Source of the DNA: an uncultured Hormoscilla sp.
GTDB taxonomy: Bacteria > Cyanobacteriota > Cyanobacteriia > Cyanobacteriales > Desertifilaceae
DNA: 64,000 nt
NCBI GenBank assembly: GCA_963921275.4
Contig: OZ001293.3
Location: 6,815,067 to 6,879,066, forward strand
Direction of reading: 5' to 3'
Within the stretch, counting starts at the first letter, position 1, and every line of letters begins with the position of its first letter. Positions 51,683-62,768 of the stretch are shown here, in pieces. The position numbers and the translations under genes are program-made. The notes beneath the pieces are model-generated. The model did not search any database and was not told the origin of the DNA. It was given only the letters and a program-made list of their open reading frames with translations.

Positions 51683-54600
51683 TCCTACCGACCTCGAACT
51701 CAGCAACAGCAGCATCAATGAAAACTCCTCTGATGGTGCAGTTGTGGGGACTTTCGAAACTAGCGACCGTGACATTGGAGATAGCTTTACCTACCGGTTA
51801 GTCTCAGGCATGGGTAGCGATGATAACGACGCCTTCTCTATAGAAGGGAACCAACTGCTAACTAACAGTTCCTTGGACTTTGAGAACCCATCGAATTTCA
51901 TCATCCGCATCCGGAATAACATTAGGGAGACCCAGTCGAGGTACAGCATCCGCGTCCAGACTACTGACTCTGCTGGGGCCAGTTACTCGGAGGCCTTGAC
52001 TATTAACGTCATTGATGTTGCCGAACCTCCGACGGACATCAACCTCTCTGGCAGCAGCATCAATGAAAACTCCTCTGATGATGCAGTCGTAGGGACTTTC
52101 GAAACTACCGACGAAGATAATGGAGATACCTTTACCTACCAGTTAGTCTCAGGCGACGGTGACGGTGATAACGAAGCCTTCACCATAGAAGGGAACTCAC
52201 TGCAAATTAACAGTTCCCCTGACTTTGAGACCCAGTCCAGTTACAGCATCCGCGTCCAAACTACCGACTCTGCTAGTAACAGTTACTCGGAGGCCTTGAC
52301 TATTAGCGTCATTGATGTTGCCGAACCTCCGACGGACATCGAACTCAGCAACAGCAGCATCGATGAAAACTCCTCTGATGGTGCAGTTGTAGGGACTTTC
52401 GAAACTACCGACGAAGATAATGGAGATACCTTTACCTACCAGTTAGTCTCAGGCGACGGTGACGGTGATAACGAAGCCTTCACCATAGAAGGGAACTCAG
52501 TGCAAATTAACAGTTCCCCTGACTTTGAGACCCAGTCGAGTTACAGCATCCGCGTCCAGACTACTGACTCTACTGGGAACAGTTACTCGGAGGCCTTGAC
52601 TATTAGCGTCAACGATGTTCCCGAACCTCCTACCGACATAGTCCTTAGCAACAGCAGCATCAATGAAAACTCCTCTGATGGTGCAGTTGTGGGGACTTTC
52701 GAAACTACCGATCCTAACTCTTCCGATCCCTTTACCTACCAGTTGGTCTCAGGCACCGGTGACGATGATAACGAAGCCTTCACCATAGAAGGGAACTCAC
52801 TGCAAATTAACAGTTCCCCTGACTTTGAGACCCAGTCCAGTTACAGCATCCGCGTCCAAACTACCGACTCTGCTAGTAACAGTTACTCGGAAGCCTTGAC
52901 TATTAGCGTCATTGATGTTGCCGAACCTCCGACCGACATAGTCCTTAGCAACAGCAGCATCAATGAAAACTCCTCTGATGGTGCAGTTGTGGGGACTTTC
53001 GAAACTAGCGACCCTGACATTGGAGATAGTTTTACCTACCGGTTAGTCTCAGGCATGGGTGCCGATAATAACGCCGCCTTCTCCATAGAAGGGAACCAAC
53101 TGCGAATTAACAGTTCCCCTGACTTTGAGACCCAGTCCAGTTACAGCATCCGCGTCCAAACTACCGACTCTGCTAGTAACAGTTACTCGGAGGCCTTGAC
53201 TATTAGCGTCATTGATGTTGCCGAACCTCCGACCGACATAGTCCTTAGCAACAGCAGCATCAATGAAAACTCCTCTGATGGTGCAGTTGTGGGGACTTTC
53301 GAAACTAGCGACGAAGATAATGGAGATACCTTTACCTACCGGTTAGTCTCAGGCATGGGTGCCGATAATAACGCCGCCTTCTCCATAGAAGGGAACCAAC
53401 TGCGAATTAACAGTTCCCCTGACTTTGAGACCCAGTCGAGTTACAGCATCCGCGTCCAGACTACTGACTCTGCTGGGGCCAGTTACTCGGAGGCCTTGGC
53501 TATTGGCATCAACAATGTTGCCGAACCTCCTACCGACATCAACCTCAGCAGCAGCAGCATCGATGAAAACTCCACATTGGGTAGCGTTGTAGGGACTTTC
53601 TCCACTACCGACGACGATAATGAAGATACCTTTACCTACCAGTTAGTCACAGGCGACGGTGGCGATGATAACGACGCCTTCACCATAACAGGGAACTCAC
53701 TGCTAACTAACAGTTCCTTAGACTTTGAGACAAAATCGAGTTACAGCATCCGCGTCCAGACTACTGACTCTGCTGGGGCCAGTTACTCGGAGGCCTTGAC
53801 TATTAACGTCAACAATATTATTGACGAGTCTCCTACCGACCTAGTTCTCAGCAACCGCAACATTGATGAAAACTCCGCATCGGGTAGTGTCGTAGGGACT
53901 TTCTCTACTACCGACCTCGACGTTTCCGATAGCTTTACCTACCAGTTAGTCACAGGCCCTGGTCCCAATGATAACGACGCCTTCACGATAACAGGGAACT
54001 CACTGCGAATTAACAGTTCCCCTGACTTTGAGACCCGATCGAGTTACAGCATCCGCGTCCAGACTACTGACTCTGCTGGGGCCAGTTACTCGGAGGTCTT
54101 GACTATTAACGTCAACAATATTATTGACGAGTCTCCTACCGACCTAGTTCTCAGCAACCGCAACATTGATGAAAACTCCGCATCGGGTAGTGTCGTAGGG
54201 ACTTTCTCTACTACCGACCTCGACGTTTCCGATAGCTTTACCTACCAGTTAGTCACAGGCCCTGGTCCCAATGATAACGACGCCTTCACGATAACAGGGA
54301 ACTCACTGCGAATTAACAGTTCCCCTGACTTTGGACTTTGAGACCCAGTCGATTTACATCATCAAAGTCCAAACTACCGACTCTGCTAATAATGCTTTGG
54401 AGGAGGTCTTGATTATTGACGTGAACGATGTTGCCTCATTTCCGACGGACATCAATCTCAGCAGCAGCAGCATCGATGAAAACTCTCCATTGGGTGCAGT
54501 TGTGGGGACTTTCTCCACTAGCGACCCCGAGGATGGAGATAGCTTTACCTATATGCTTGTCTCAGGCGTTGGTGATGATGATAATGACGCCTTCACCATA

Positions 54601-57600
54601 GTAGGGGACTCACTGCGAATTAACAGTTCTTTGGACTTTGAGACTCAGTCGAGTTACAGCATCCGCGTCCAGACTACCGATGCTACTGGGCCAGTTATGA
54701 GGAGGCCTTGACTATTAGCGTCATTGATGTTGCCGAACCTCCGACGGACATCGACCTCAGCAACAGCAGCATTGATTCTAACTCCCCATTGGGTGCAGTT
54801 GTGGGGACTTTCTCCACTAGCGACCCCGAGGATGGAGATAGCTTTACCTACATGTTTGTCTCAGGCGTTGGTGACGATGATAATGACGCCTTCACCATAG
54901 TAGGGGACTCACTGCGAATTAACAGTTCTTTGGACTTTGAGACTCAGTCGAGTTACAGCCTCCGCGTCCAGACTACTGACTCTGCTAATAACGCTTTGGA
55001 GGAGGTCTTGACTATTAACGTCAACTCAGTTGCCTCCTCTCCTACCGACATAGTCCTTAGCAACAGCAGCATTGATTCTAACTCTCCATTGGGTGCAGTT
55101 GTGGGGACTTTCTCTACTACCGACCCCGACGTTTCCGATAGCTTTACCTATATGCTTGTCTCAGGCGTTGGTGATGATGATAATGACGCCTTCACCATAG
55201 TAGGGGACTCACTGCGAATTAACAGTTCTTTGGACTTTGAGACCCAGTCGAGTTACAGCCTCCGCGTCCAGACTACCGACTCTGCTAATAACACTTTCTC
55301 GGAGGTCTTGACTATTAATGTCAACTCAGTTGCAGAAAACTCCTCTCCTACCGATATAGTTCTTAGCAGCAGCAGCATTGATTCTAACTCTCCATTGGGT
55401 GCAGTCGTGGGGACTTTCTCTACTACTGACCCCGACGTTTCCGATAGCTTTACCTACATGCTTGTCTCCGGCAACAACGCCTTCACCATAGTAGGGAACC
55501 AACTGCTAACTAACAGTTCTTTGGACTTTGAGACTCAGGAGATTTACAGGATATTCGTCCAAACTACCGACTCTGCTAATAACACTTTCTCGGAGGTCTT
55601 GACTATTAATGTCAACTCAGTTGCAAAAAACTCCTCTCTTACCGATATAGTTCTTAGCAGCAGCAGCATTGATTCTAACTCTCCATTGGGTGCAGTTGTG
55701 GGGACTTTCTCTACTACCGACCCCGACGATGGAGATAGCTTTACCTACATGCTTGTCTCCGGCAACAACGCCTTCACTATAGTAGGGGACTCACTGCTAA
55801 CTAACAGTTCTTTGGACTTTGAGACTCAGTCGAGTTACAGCATTCGCGTCCAGACTACTGACTCTGCTAATAACGTTTTCTCGGAGGTCTTGACTATTAA
55901 TGTCAACGATGTCGGCGAGTCTGGTCGGGGTCGAGCTGGGAATCACTCCCCAACCCTCCAAGAGCGGAACCGGGCTTGCGACTTTCACCGCACCCGGCTA
56001 CTGGGCAGTAGGGCCTTGTCATTGGTAGGATTACTGGGGATTACTCCCGTTGTCCCTCATCTCATGTAATTTCTCCCCTTTCCTGGTTGGTAAGTGGCGC
56101 TGCCGGATAACCTTTAGTATTACCAATTTATCTGAGTCCGTTTTACCAGTTATCCCACCTTCGCATGCTAGGTATTGGGGCGTATTAGGGTTACTTTAGC
56201 CCGAGATTTCCTACTGTCACCGACCCCTGTTTGCTTATCCCAGGCATTAATTAGGGCTTTTGCTTCTTGGGCGCCATCCCTCCCACCGTAGCTTGCGCTT
56301 CACATCTGACTGGTCTCGGTAGACAGCACACGATGGGTTACTTCGTTCCCTAGTATCATTTCACGATGCTTTTAGGTTCCTACTATACCCCGGGAGTTCT
56401 TTGAGTACGTTATTAGCCAGATAGAAGAGCTAATACTAACTACCATTTCCCTTTTTGGGCCAGCGCATAAGCCTTATTCCGCTGGTTCTAGTTAACGAGG
56501 TTTACATAGGTTCGCTTGTTCTAACCATTAGCATCTTTCCTAGCGGCGTCACCGGCTTAGGCTGCCAGTTATCCTACATTTAAGTCCTCGGGAGGCACCA
56601 CGGCGATGTCGCTCCGTAGCACCTCCGACCGGTAGTACCCTCGACCCCCGTACCTGGGGAGGGGGAATTGAACCCCCATGATTACCAGAGTTCCTAATTT
56701 CTTAGGCTAGCGTTCCGTGTTTGACTACGTTAGACTAGAACGAATCGCACCCTACCGACCTAGTCCTTAGCAGCAGCAGCATCAATGAAGATTCCCCTGA
56801 GGGTGCAGTCGTGGGGACTTTCTTCACTACCGACCCCGACTCTGGAAATACCTTTACCTACCGGTTAATCTCGGGCGAAGCGCTGCGCGCACGCTACGCG
56901 ATTGGTGACGATGATAACGCTGCTTTCACCATAGTAGGGGACCAACTGCTAATTAACAGTTCGGAGGACTTTGAGACTCAGGAGATTTACAGGATATTAG
57001 TCCAGACTACTGACTCTACTGGGGCCAGTTACGAGGAGGCTTTGATTATTAATGTGAACAATGTTGCAGAGTCTCCTACCGATATAGTCCTTAGCAACAG
57101 CAGCATCAATTCCAACTCCCGTGAGGGTGCAATCGTGGGGACTTTCTTCACTACCGACCCCGACTCTGGAAATACTTTTACCTACCGGTTAATCTCGGGT
57201 TATGCGCTGCGCGCACGCTACGCGATTGGTGACGATGATAACGCTGCTTTCACTATAGTAGGGGACCAACTGCTAATTAACAGTTCGGAGGACTTTGAGA
57301 TTCAGTCGAGTTACAGCATCCGCGTTCAGACTACTGACGTTACTGAGGCCAGTTACTCGGAGGCTTTGATTATTAATGTGAACGATGTTGCTGAATCTCC
57401 TACCGACCTCAACTTCAGCAATACTCAATGGCCCCTAACCCTCAACCCCCAACTCCTAACTTTATCACTCTTTGGGAAAGATGGGGACGACACCCTCATC
57501 GGCGGGGAGGGAAGCGATCGCGTCTATGGAAACCATGGAAACGATCGTCTCATCGGCGGAGATGGAAGCGTCCGCGTAGCGTGCGCGCAGCGCATTCTTT

Positions 57601-57798
57601 TTGTTTTGGAGTCGGGCATGGGCTGGGATACTATAGACTTTGAAAATGGCACGGACGGCACGCGCGCTGGACGCGATCGCGCTAGCAGGAGGTTCTCAGG
57701 GCCTCGATACCTGGATTAATTTTGAATCGAAAACCATGGCCACCCTGCAGGGGATTGATGAGACCCTGATTAATGATGATTTCACTGTGGTTAATTGA
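51683..57798 (+). pseudogene. Cadherin-repeat adhesin with RTX nonapeptides and a T1SS-type C-terminus; no evident start, several frameshifts and an antisense intron
   Basis: About sixteen ~100-aa repeats (PTDI.LS.SSI.EN...D.D..D.FTY.LV...[15 protein letters not shown]); [17 protein letters not shown]; 7-bp duplication at 54326-54339; indel near 54690; 16-nt insertion near 57657. Confidence 0.88.
55923..56750 (-). mobile_element. ORF-less group II intron, antisense to the adhesin gene
   Basis: 5' GTGCGATTCGTT; domain V TAGCCGGGTGCGGTGAAAGTCGCAAGCCCGGTTC; excision restores the repeat motif GAGTCT|CCTACCGAC seen at 53826 and 54129. Confidence 0.93.
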
Positions 57799-58551
57799 AG
57801 TTTACCACGATTGGGGGGAACCGCGAGGCGATCTAAGGGTTTGGGGCAATTGCGAGAAAAACGCAATTCATGACCGCGCGGAGTAGATCTTAGACCTATG
57901 CCAAAAAGTAGATTTTGACGGAGCAATAGCAATACTTGAGCGCACCCATTTTGGCTCCATTTGGGCATTTATGCAAGAGGTCTCTTCATATTAACCGCTG
58001 TCAGAGTACAATGAGGTAAGGCTTCCAGCCCACAGGGATGAAGGCTGCTTGCTAGAGAATATTTGTCTGGCAAATGCGTTTGTACCCATTTTTGAATGAG
58101 GTGTCCATTGTGGTGTTTGGTAGCAAGGCGCTGTCCTTAGATATGAACCCCCTCACGAGTTAGAACTGAGCACCACACCTACAACTGATGCTGACGGTAA
58201 CGGAGTCCCGGATGTGGAGCAGATCCTGCGTTCTCTCCAAGAAGGAGCCGCTGGAACTGGTTTAACCACCAACTATAAAGCCGCCTCACCCTCTCACCCC
58301 CTCACCCCTCAAACAAACCAAAATCTAAAAAACATACCCCTGTAAGCCCCAAACCCCCCTTACTAAGGGGGGCTTTAAGAGTTCCCCCCCTTCAAGTAGC
58401 CCAGAAACCTGGTATGGAGTAAAAACCGGGTTTCTTAATTCCAGCAGAGCGAACTCCCAGATGCGATCGCCCCTATAAGTAGGACAGCCAGAATCAGGAT
58501 ACATAAAAATACGTATAATGATTTTATCCGCCCGATCGCACCATGAACCAT

Positions 58552-59226
58552 TTACATATTAGCGATTTGCTGGGCAAACCAGATAGCCGCCGCAAAATTA
58601 TCCGACTCCAACCGGGACAATGTTTGTGATAACAATTCAATCGGCCAACCCCCGATCGCCTCAGAAATAGTACATTGCTGATACTTACCATTTGGCTGCA
58701 AGCGAAACGCCAGCACTCTTTTACCCTTAATATCTACCACCCAATATTCCGGTATTTTTAACTCGGCATAAAGATCCTTTTTTTCATCTAGATCGGTAGC
58801 AATAGTAGTATCTCCCACTTCTCCCACAAGATCGGGAACTCGCCACTTATCTAAATTGATCCGACGAGGTTCTCCTGACTGCCATTGTGGAGAACCTCTA
58901 CCAAGATATAAAACTATATCGGGAGATGCAGCCTGCTTTTGAGGTTTTTCCAGTACGCATCCTCCCAGAACATCCACATATCGATCTGGTTGGCGATCGG
59001 CGAACCAGGCAAAAAATAACATTGTGAACAGATGATTGAATCTAGAGTGATTAATTCCTTCGTTACCCATGTCAACTAAAAGATATCCCCGATTAAAAAA
59101 TAGTCTCACCTGCTCGGTGGTACGCGCGTCGCGATAATTCAAGTAATCTTCCCAGGTGGCACGAAGCCATTGTGGAAAAGCGGCATTTAATTTAGGTGCG
59201 ATCGCTGTAGCTGTTGAATTAGTCAT
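58552..59226 (-). CDS. Uma2 family endonuclease
   Basis: ATWEDY, QAASPDIVLY, PDLVGEV, IPEYWVVD. Confidence 0.88.
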   Translation of the reverse strand: MTNSTATAIAPKLNAAFPQWLRATWEDYLNYRDARTTEQVRLFFNRGYLLVDMGNEGINHSRFNHLFTMLFFAWFADRQPDRYVDVLGGCVLEKPQKQAASPDIVLYLGRGSPQWQSGEPRRINLDKWRVPDLVGEVGDTTIATDLDEKKDLYAELKIPEYWVVDIKGKRVLAFRLQPNGKYQQCTISEAIGGWPIELLSQTLSRLESDNFAAAIWFAQQIANM

Positions 59227-59651
59227 CTGTTTGTTAGAGGTGCGGTCACAAGTAGTTGATAGTCAAGCAGACAAGAAACCCTGCATCCCAGATTTGCAAA
59301 GATAGCTGTAGGGGCTCAGCTAAGGAGCGACAAATTATGACATAAATTTACAGATAGACTCTCCGAATGCTTCGCCCTTGCGAAAGTGGGATCACAGAAC
59401 CCGTGGTGCCGTCTTGGCAAATGGATATCTCGCAGGATCGCCCTTCTGCTTTTAGCCCTGGCGACGGGAATAACTTTAACATACAACTGGCAATACATGA
59501 CCAGCAGTTCGGGCAGTATAGCTGTTGGTGAAAAAATCTGGATCGGCAACGAGTTGAAGGAAAACTCTGCTATACTTAACAAGTCAGGGATTCAAGATGC
59601 ATGGTTAATCCCAGCACAGTAGGTGATCGCCCTCAAATCACTGCTCGTGCC

Positions 59652-59914
59652 ATGAATACAAAACTCGTTAAAATCCTAGCTGAGATTATTCTATCGCTCT
59701 CAGAAGCAGAGCGAACCTTACTATTGGCAGAACTGCAACCCTTACCAGACTGGCGAGAGACCCTAAAAAAATGCAAGAACTAGGAGACAAAATCAGCGCC
59801 CGTCATGGAGGAAAACCTCTAGAACCGTCAGTGGATGAAATTTTCCACCAAATGCGAGAGGAACGCACCAAACAACTCATGCAGGCTTGCTTTCCAGATT
59901 ATCAAGAGAAATGA
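59652..59914 (+). pseudogene. Antitoxin-like small gene frameshifted in an A-run, followed by a truncated PIN-like start (MTTHLICV)
   Basis: MNTKLV..LAEIILSLS..ER / ...DEIFHQMREERTKQL; ATGA overlap at 59911. Confidence 0.5.
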
Positions 59915-59961
59915 CAACCCACTTAATTTGTGTTATGAATTTTTATTTATGCCACACCGAG

Positions 59962-60618
59962 TCAACTAGATGTTCTCGACGCTGCTAGGGCGATCGCCCG
60001 TGGCAGGATCTGATGTTCCATTACCTGAACCCTAGCATGTAGAGATTCCGGGGTATCATCAGGCATAACTGGCACAGCAGCTTGCATCAAGATCGGTCCG
60101 GCGTCCACCTCTGGAACTACCAAATGCACCGTACAGCCAGTAATTTTCACGCTGGCAGCCAGGGCTTGTTCAATAGCCCGCACGCCTGGGAAACTCGGTA
60201 ACAAACTGGGATGAATATTAATCACCCGGTTCGGAAAAGCATCCAGCAGTACCGGTGTCACAATGCGCATCCACCCAGCCATCACCACCCATTCCACCTC
60301 ATATCCCTGCAATACTTCCACTATGGCAGCATCTAAATACTCGCGGCGATCGTATTCCCGGTGGTTCAGCAGAATAGCTGGCACCCCCCAGCGTTCCGCC
60401 CGGGCGGCCACCTTCGCTCCCGGATTATTGTAAATCACCACTTGCACTTGGCCATGCAGTTGCCCCGAGGCGATCGCCTCAATCATGGCCTCAAAATTAC
60501 TACCATTACCAGAAGCCAGCACTCCCAGCTTCAGGGGACCGGTTGCCCTCGATTGGTAAGGCAACATATCCGGTGAAATCAAGCTAGGAGTGCGATCGGT
60601 TGCTAGGGAGTCAGACAT
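59962..60618 (-). CDS. purN: Phosphoribosylglycinamide formyltransferase
   Basis: VLASGNGSNFEA, MAGWMRI, NIHPSLLPSFPG, GCTVHLV..EVDAGP. Confidence 0.96.
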   Translation of the reverse strand: MSDSLATDRTPSLISPDMLPYQSRATGPLKLGVLASGNGSNFEAMIEAIASGQLHGQVQVVIYNNPGAKVAARAERWGVPAILLNHREYDRREYLDAAIVEVLQGYEVEWVVMAGWMRIVTPVLLDAFPNRVINIHPSLLPSFPGVRAIEQALAASVKITGCTVHLVVPEVDAGPILMQAAVPVMPDDTPESLHARVQVMEHQILPRAIALAASRTSS

Positions 60619-60788
60619 ATAAGCAATTCTTTCATTCTCTCATTCAAAATTCTTGCATTTCGAAAGCCATTGAGAACAAGGGTTTCAGCGTTTCGGCCAT
60701 AGCAATGTAAAGGCGCGACAGCTGACAATGAACGGTTATAAACCACAAATCTGTTAGAGCCAGCCAATATGTCATGGCCAGGCAGCTT

Positions 60789-60908
60789 GCGAGCAATAAG
60801 GTGACAGACTGCGAGCAATAAGGTGACAGACTGCGAGCAATAAGGTGACAGACTGCGAGCAATAAGGTGACAGACTGCGAGCAATAAGGTGACAGACTGC
60901 GAGCAATA
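60789..60908. repeat. 22-bp tandem array GCGAGCAATAAGGTGACAGACT x5.5
   Basis: Direct reading; perfect units. Confidence 0.95.
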
Positions 60909-61007
60909 CCCGGATTTGAACCGGCAAAGTGAGTTGATCCCCCCTTAAGAAGCCTTAAGAAGGGGGGCTGGGGGGGATCCCTTACAATGGTCTCGCAATC
61001 CCAATCA

Positions 61008-61079
61008 AGGCGACACCCGGATTTGAACCGGGGAATGGAGGTTTTGCAGACCTCTGCCTTACCGCTTGGCTATGTCGCC
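61008..61079 (-). tRNA. trnC: tRNA-Cys (GCA)
   Basis: GGCGACATAGCCAAGCGGTAAGGCAGAGGTCTGCAAAACCTCCATTCCCCGGTTCAAATCCGGGTGTCGCCT folds as a cloverleaf with anticodon GCA. Confidence 0.96.
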
Positions 61080-61096
61080 ATATATATTCGACTATA

Positions 61097-62059
61097 TCAC
61101 ATTCTAATCCTAATTGCCAAATCCGATCGCCATTTTTTGACTAATTTTTGCAGTCGGGTACTCAACCAACCATCGAACTGAGGATAAACCGGTAACCGGG
61201 GCAGCAATTTCCAGCCTCCTGGAGCAAAAATCTCTACCAGTGACCGGTAGTAGGGATGGGGATAATCAGGATTAACCTCATCTTTTGGTCCGATGCCGCC
61301 CAAATCTCTGGCACCGGCTTCTACACAATCCCTTAACAGACTGGGTGTACCGAGTACCAGGTTGGGAGGAATTTGCAAGGTTATCTCCGGTGGTAGCAGG
61401 CGACGCGCTGTGGAAATCACCTCCGGTAGTTGCTGGAGATTAAAACCCGAGGCCTCCCAACTCTGCCGATCTCCTGGACTATAAGGTTGCAGGATGACTT
61501 CTTGTATGTGACCCCACCGGTTATGCACCCGGGCGATCGCCTGCAAGGTTTCCCGCCGATCGGCTTGAGTCTCTCCAATTCCTAATAATAGCCCAGTCGT
61601 GAAGGGAATGTGCAATTTTCCTGCCCACTCCAGTTGTTGCAGTCTCACCCGAGGGACTTTACTCGGGGCCTGTTTGTGAACCGGCAGATGGTCATGCATT
61701 TGCTCCAGCATCAACCCCATGGAGACATTTACTTCTTTTAATCGGGCCATCTCCGGCCAACTGAGTGGGCCAGCATTAGTGTGGGGCAAAAATCCCATAG
61801 ACAATGCCAACTCACAGATATCGTATATGCGCTGGAACCAGTCTGGTCTACGCCTACTTGCCGGATGTACCTCACCGCTGAGGACCAAAATCTCGATCGC
61901 CTGTCCCTGAAAATGCTGGAGTTGCGCTTCGGCCTCCGCTAGGGTTAGCCAGGGACTTTGGCCCGGATCGGTTCTAAAATTGCAGTAGGCACACCGGTTA
62001 AAGCATTCATAGGTCGGCACCAGAGTATAGAAGGGGCTGTAAGTTACAATTTTTAACAT
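61097..62059 (-). CDS. cofG: FO synthase subunit CofG (radical SAM)
   Basis: VTYSP...PTYECFNRCAYCNF, LPHTNAG, PFTTGLLLGIGE, QIPPNL, DEVNPDYPHP. Confidence 0.92.
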   Translation of the reverse strand: MLKIVTYSPFYTLVPTYECFNRCAYCNFRTDPGQSPWLTLAEAEAQLQHFQGQAIEILVLSGEVHPASRRRPDWFQRIYDICELALSMGFLPHTNAGPLSWPEMARLKEVNVSMGLMLEQMHDHLPVHKQAPSKVPRVRLQQLEWAGKLHIPFTTGLLLGIGETQADRRETLQAIARVHNRWGHIQEVILQPYSPGDRQSWEASGFNLQQLPEVISTARRLLPPEITLQIPPNLVLGTPSLLRDCVEAGARDLGGIGPKDEVNPDYPHPYYRSLVEIFAPGGWKLLPRLPVYPQFDGWLSTRLQKLVKKWRSDLAIRIRM

Positions 62060-62136
62060 TTTTTGATTAGTGGAAACAAAACTATTGCTATATTAGATTG
62101 CAGCATTTTGGATAGAAGAAAAACATCTCAAAACCC

Positions 62137-62166
62137 TTGACAAAACGCAATCAAGTTAGTTATGCT
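62137..62166 (+). promoter_or_regulatory. sigma70-type promoter, paralogous to the psbA promoter
   Basis: TTGACA-18 nt-TATGCT. Confidence 0.7.
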
Positions 62167-62293
62167 GCATAAATGGGAAGTAAGGCCCGATCGCTCCGGA
62201 GTGCAACTTTCCCTGAGACTGGGCCGCCAGTGTTGCTACTCCGGCTGCTTTGACTACTCTCGCTAATGAAAAGCAATTTCCTTATTTTAGGAA

Positions 62294-62614
62294 ATGATCC
62301 GTACTGAAAGTAGCTACACCAAAGGTGAGATGAAAATGAAAATTACCAAGAAAATAACCAGGCCAATAGTTGTTAGTTGTACGGCTTTGGCATTAATATT
62401 TGGGTCTTTAACGAAAGAAGTAAATGCACTAACAGGAGAAGGAGGTAGCACGGGTTGGAATTCTGTTATTACCACAGATGTGGAAAGCTGTCAAGTGAAA
62501 GCATCCCAGAAAATGAAGACTTTGGTAGCAGGAAGAGAAATTCAAGCCATTCCTGGTTGGTCATCACGCTTTAGAAGCGGGGAGCCCTTTTTACTTTGCG
62601 TGGGTGCTGGTTAA
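62294..62614 (+). CDS. Hypothetical protein with a signal-peptide-like N-terminus
   Basis: MKITKKITRPIVVSCTALALIFG...VNA. Confidence 0.55.
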   Translation: MIRTESSYTKGEMKMKITKKITRPIVVSCTALALIFGSLTKEVNALTGEGGSTGWNSVITTDVESCQVKASQKMKTLVAGREIQAIPGWSSRFRSGEPFLLCVGAG

Positions 62615-62674
62615 GCTGCTCCCTTCCTATAAGGAAAGCTTATAGGAAGTATAAGTAAAAAAAATTAACAGGGG

Positions 62675-62704
62675 TTTACAAAACTCAATAAAGTTAGCTA
62701 TGCT
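62675..62704 (+). promoter_or_regulatory. psbA promoter
   Basis: TTTACA-18 nt-TATGCT, ~65 bp upstream of the ATG. Confidence 0.75.
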
Positions 62705-62768
62705 GTATTCAGGTAGGGAAAACAACCTGCCAAACGTACCTCGAAAAACAAATAGCAATCATCTAAAC

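Noticed and set aside
51683..57420. Diversity-generating retroelement (TR/VR) suggested by the RT fragment next to near-identical repeats
   Set aside because: Repeat differences are not adenine-specific, and the RT fragment is group II intron type and lacks catalytic domains.
62700..62768. N-terminal extension of D1 in the ORF track, or an atypical D1
   Set aside because: The upstream ATG overlaps the -10 box; the canonical start is 62769 and all Mn-cluster ligands are present.
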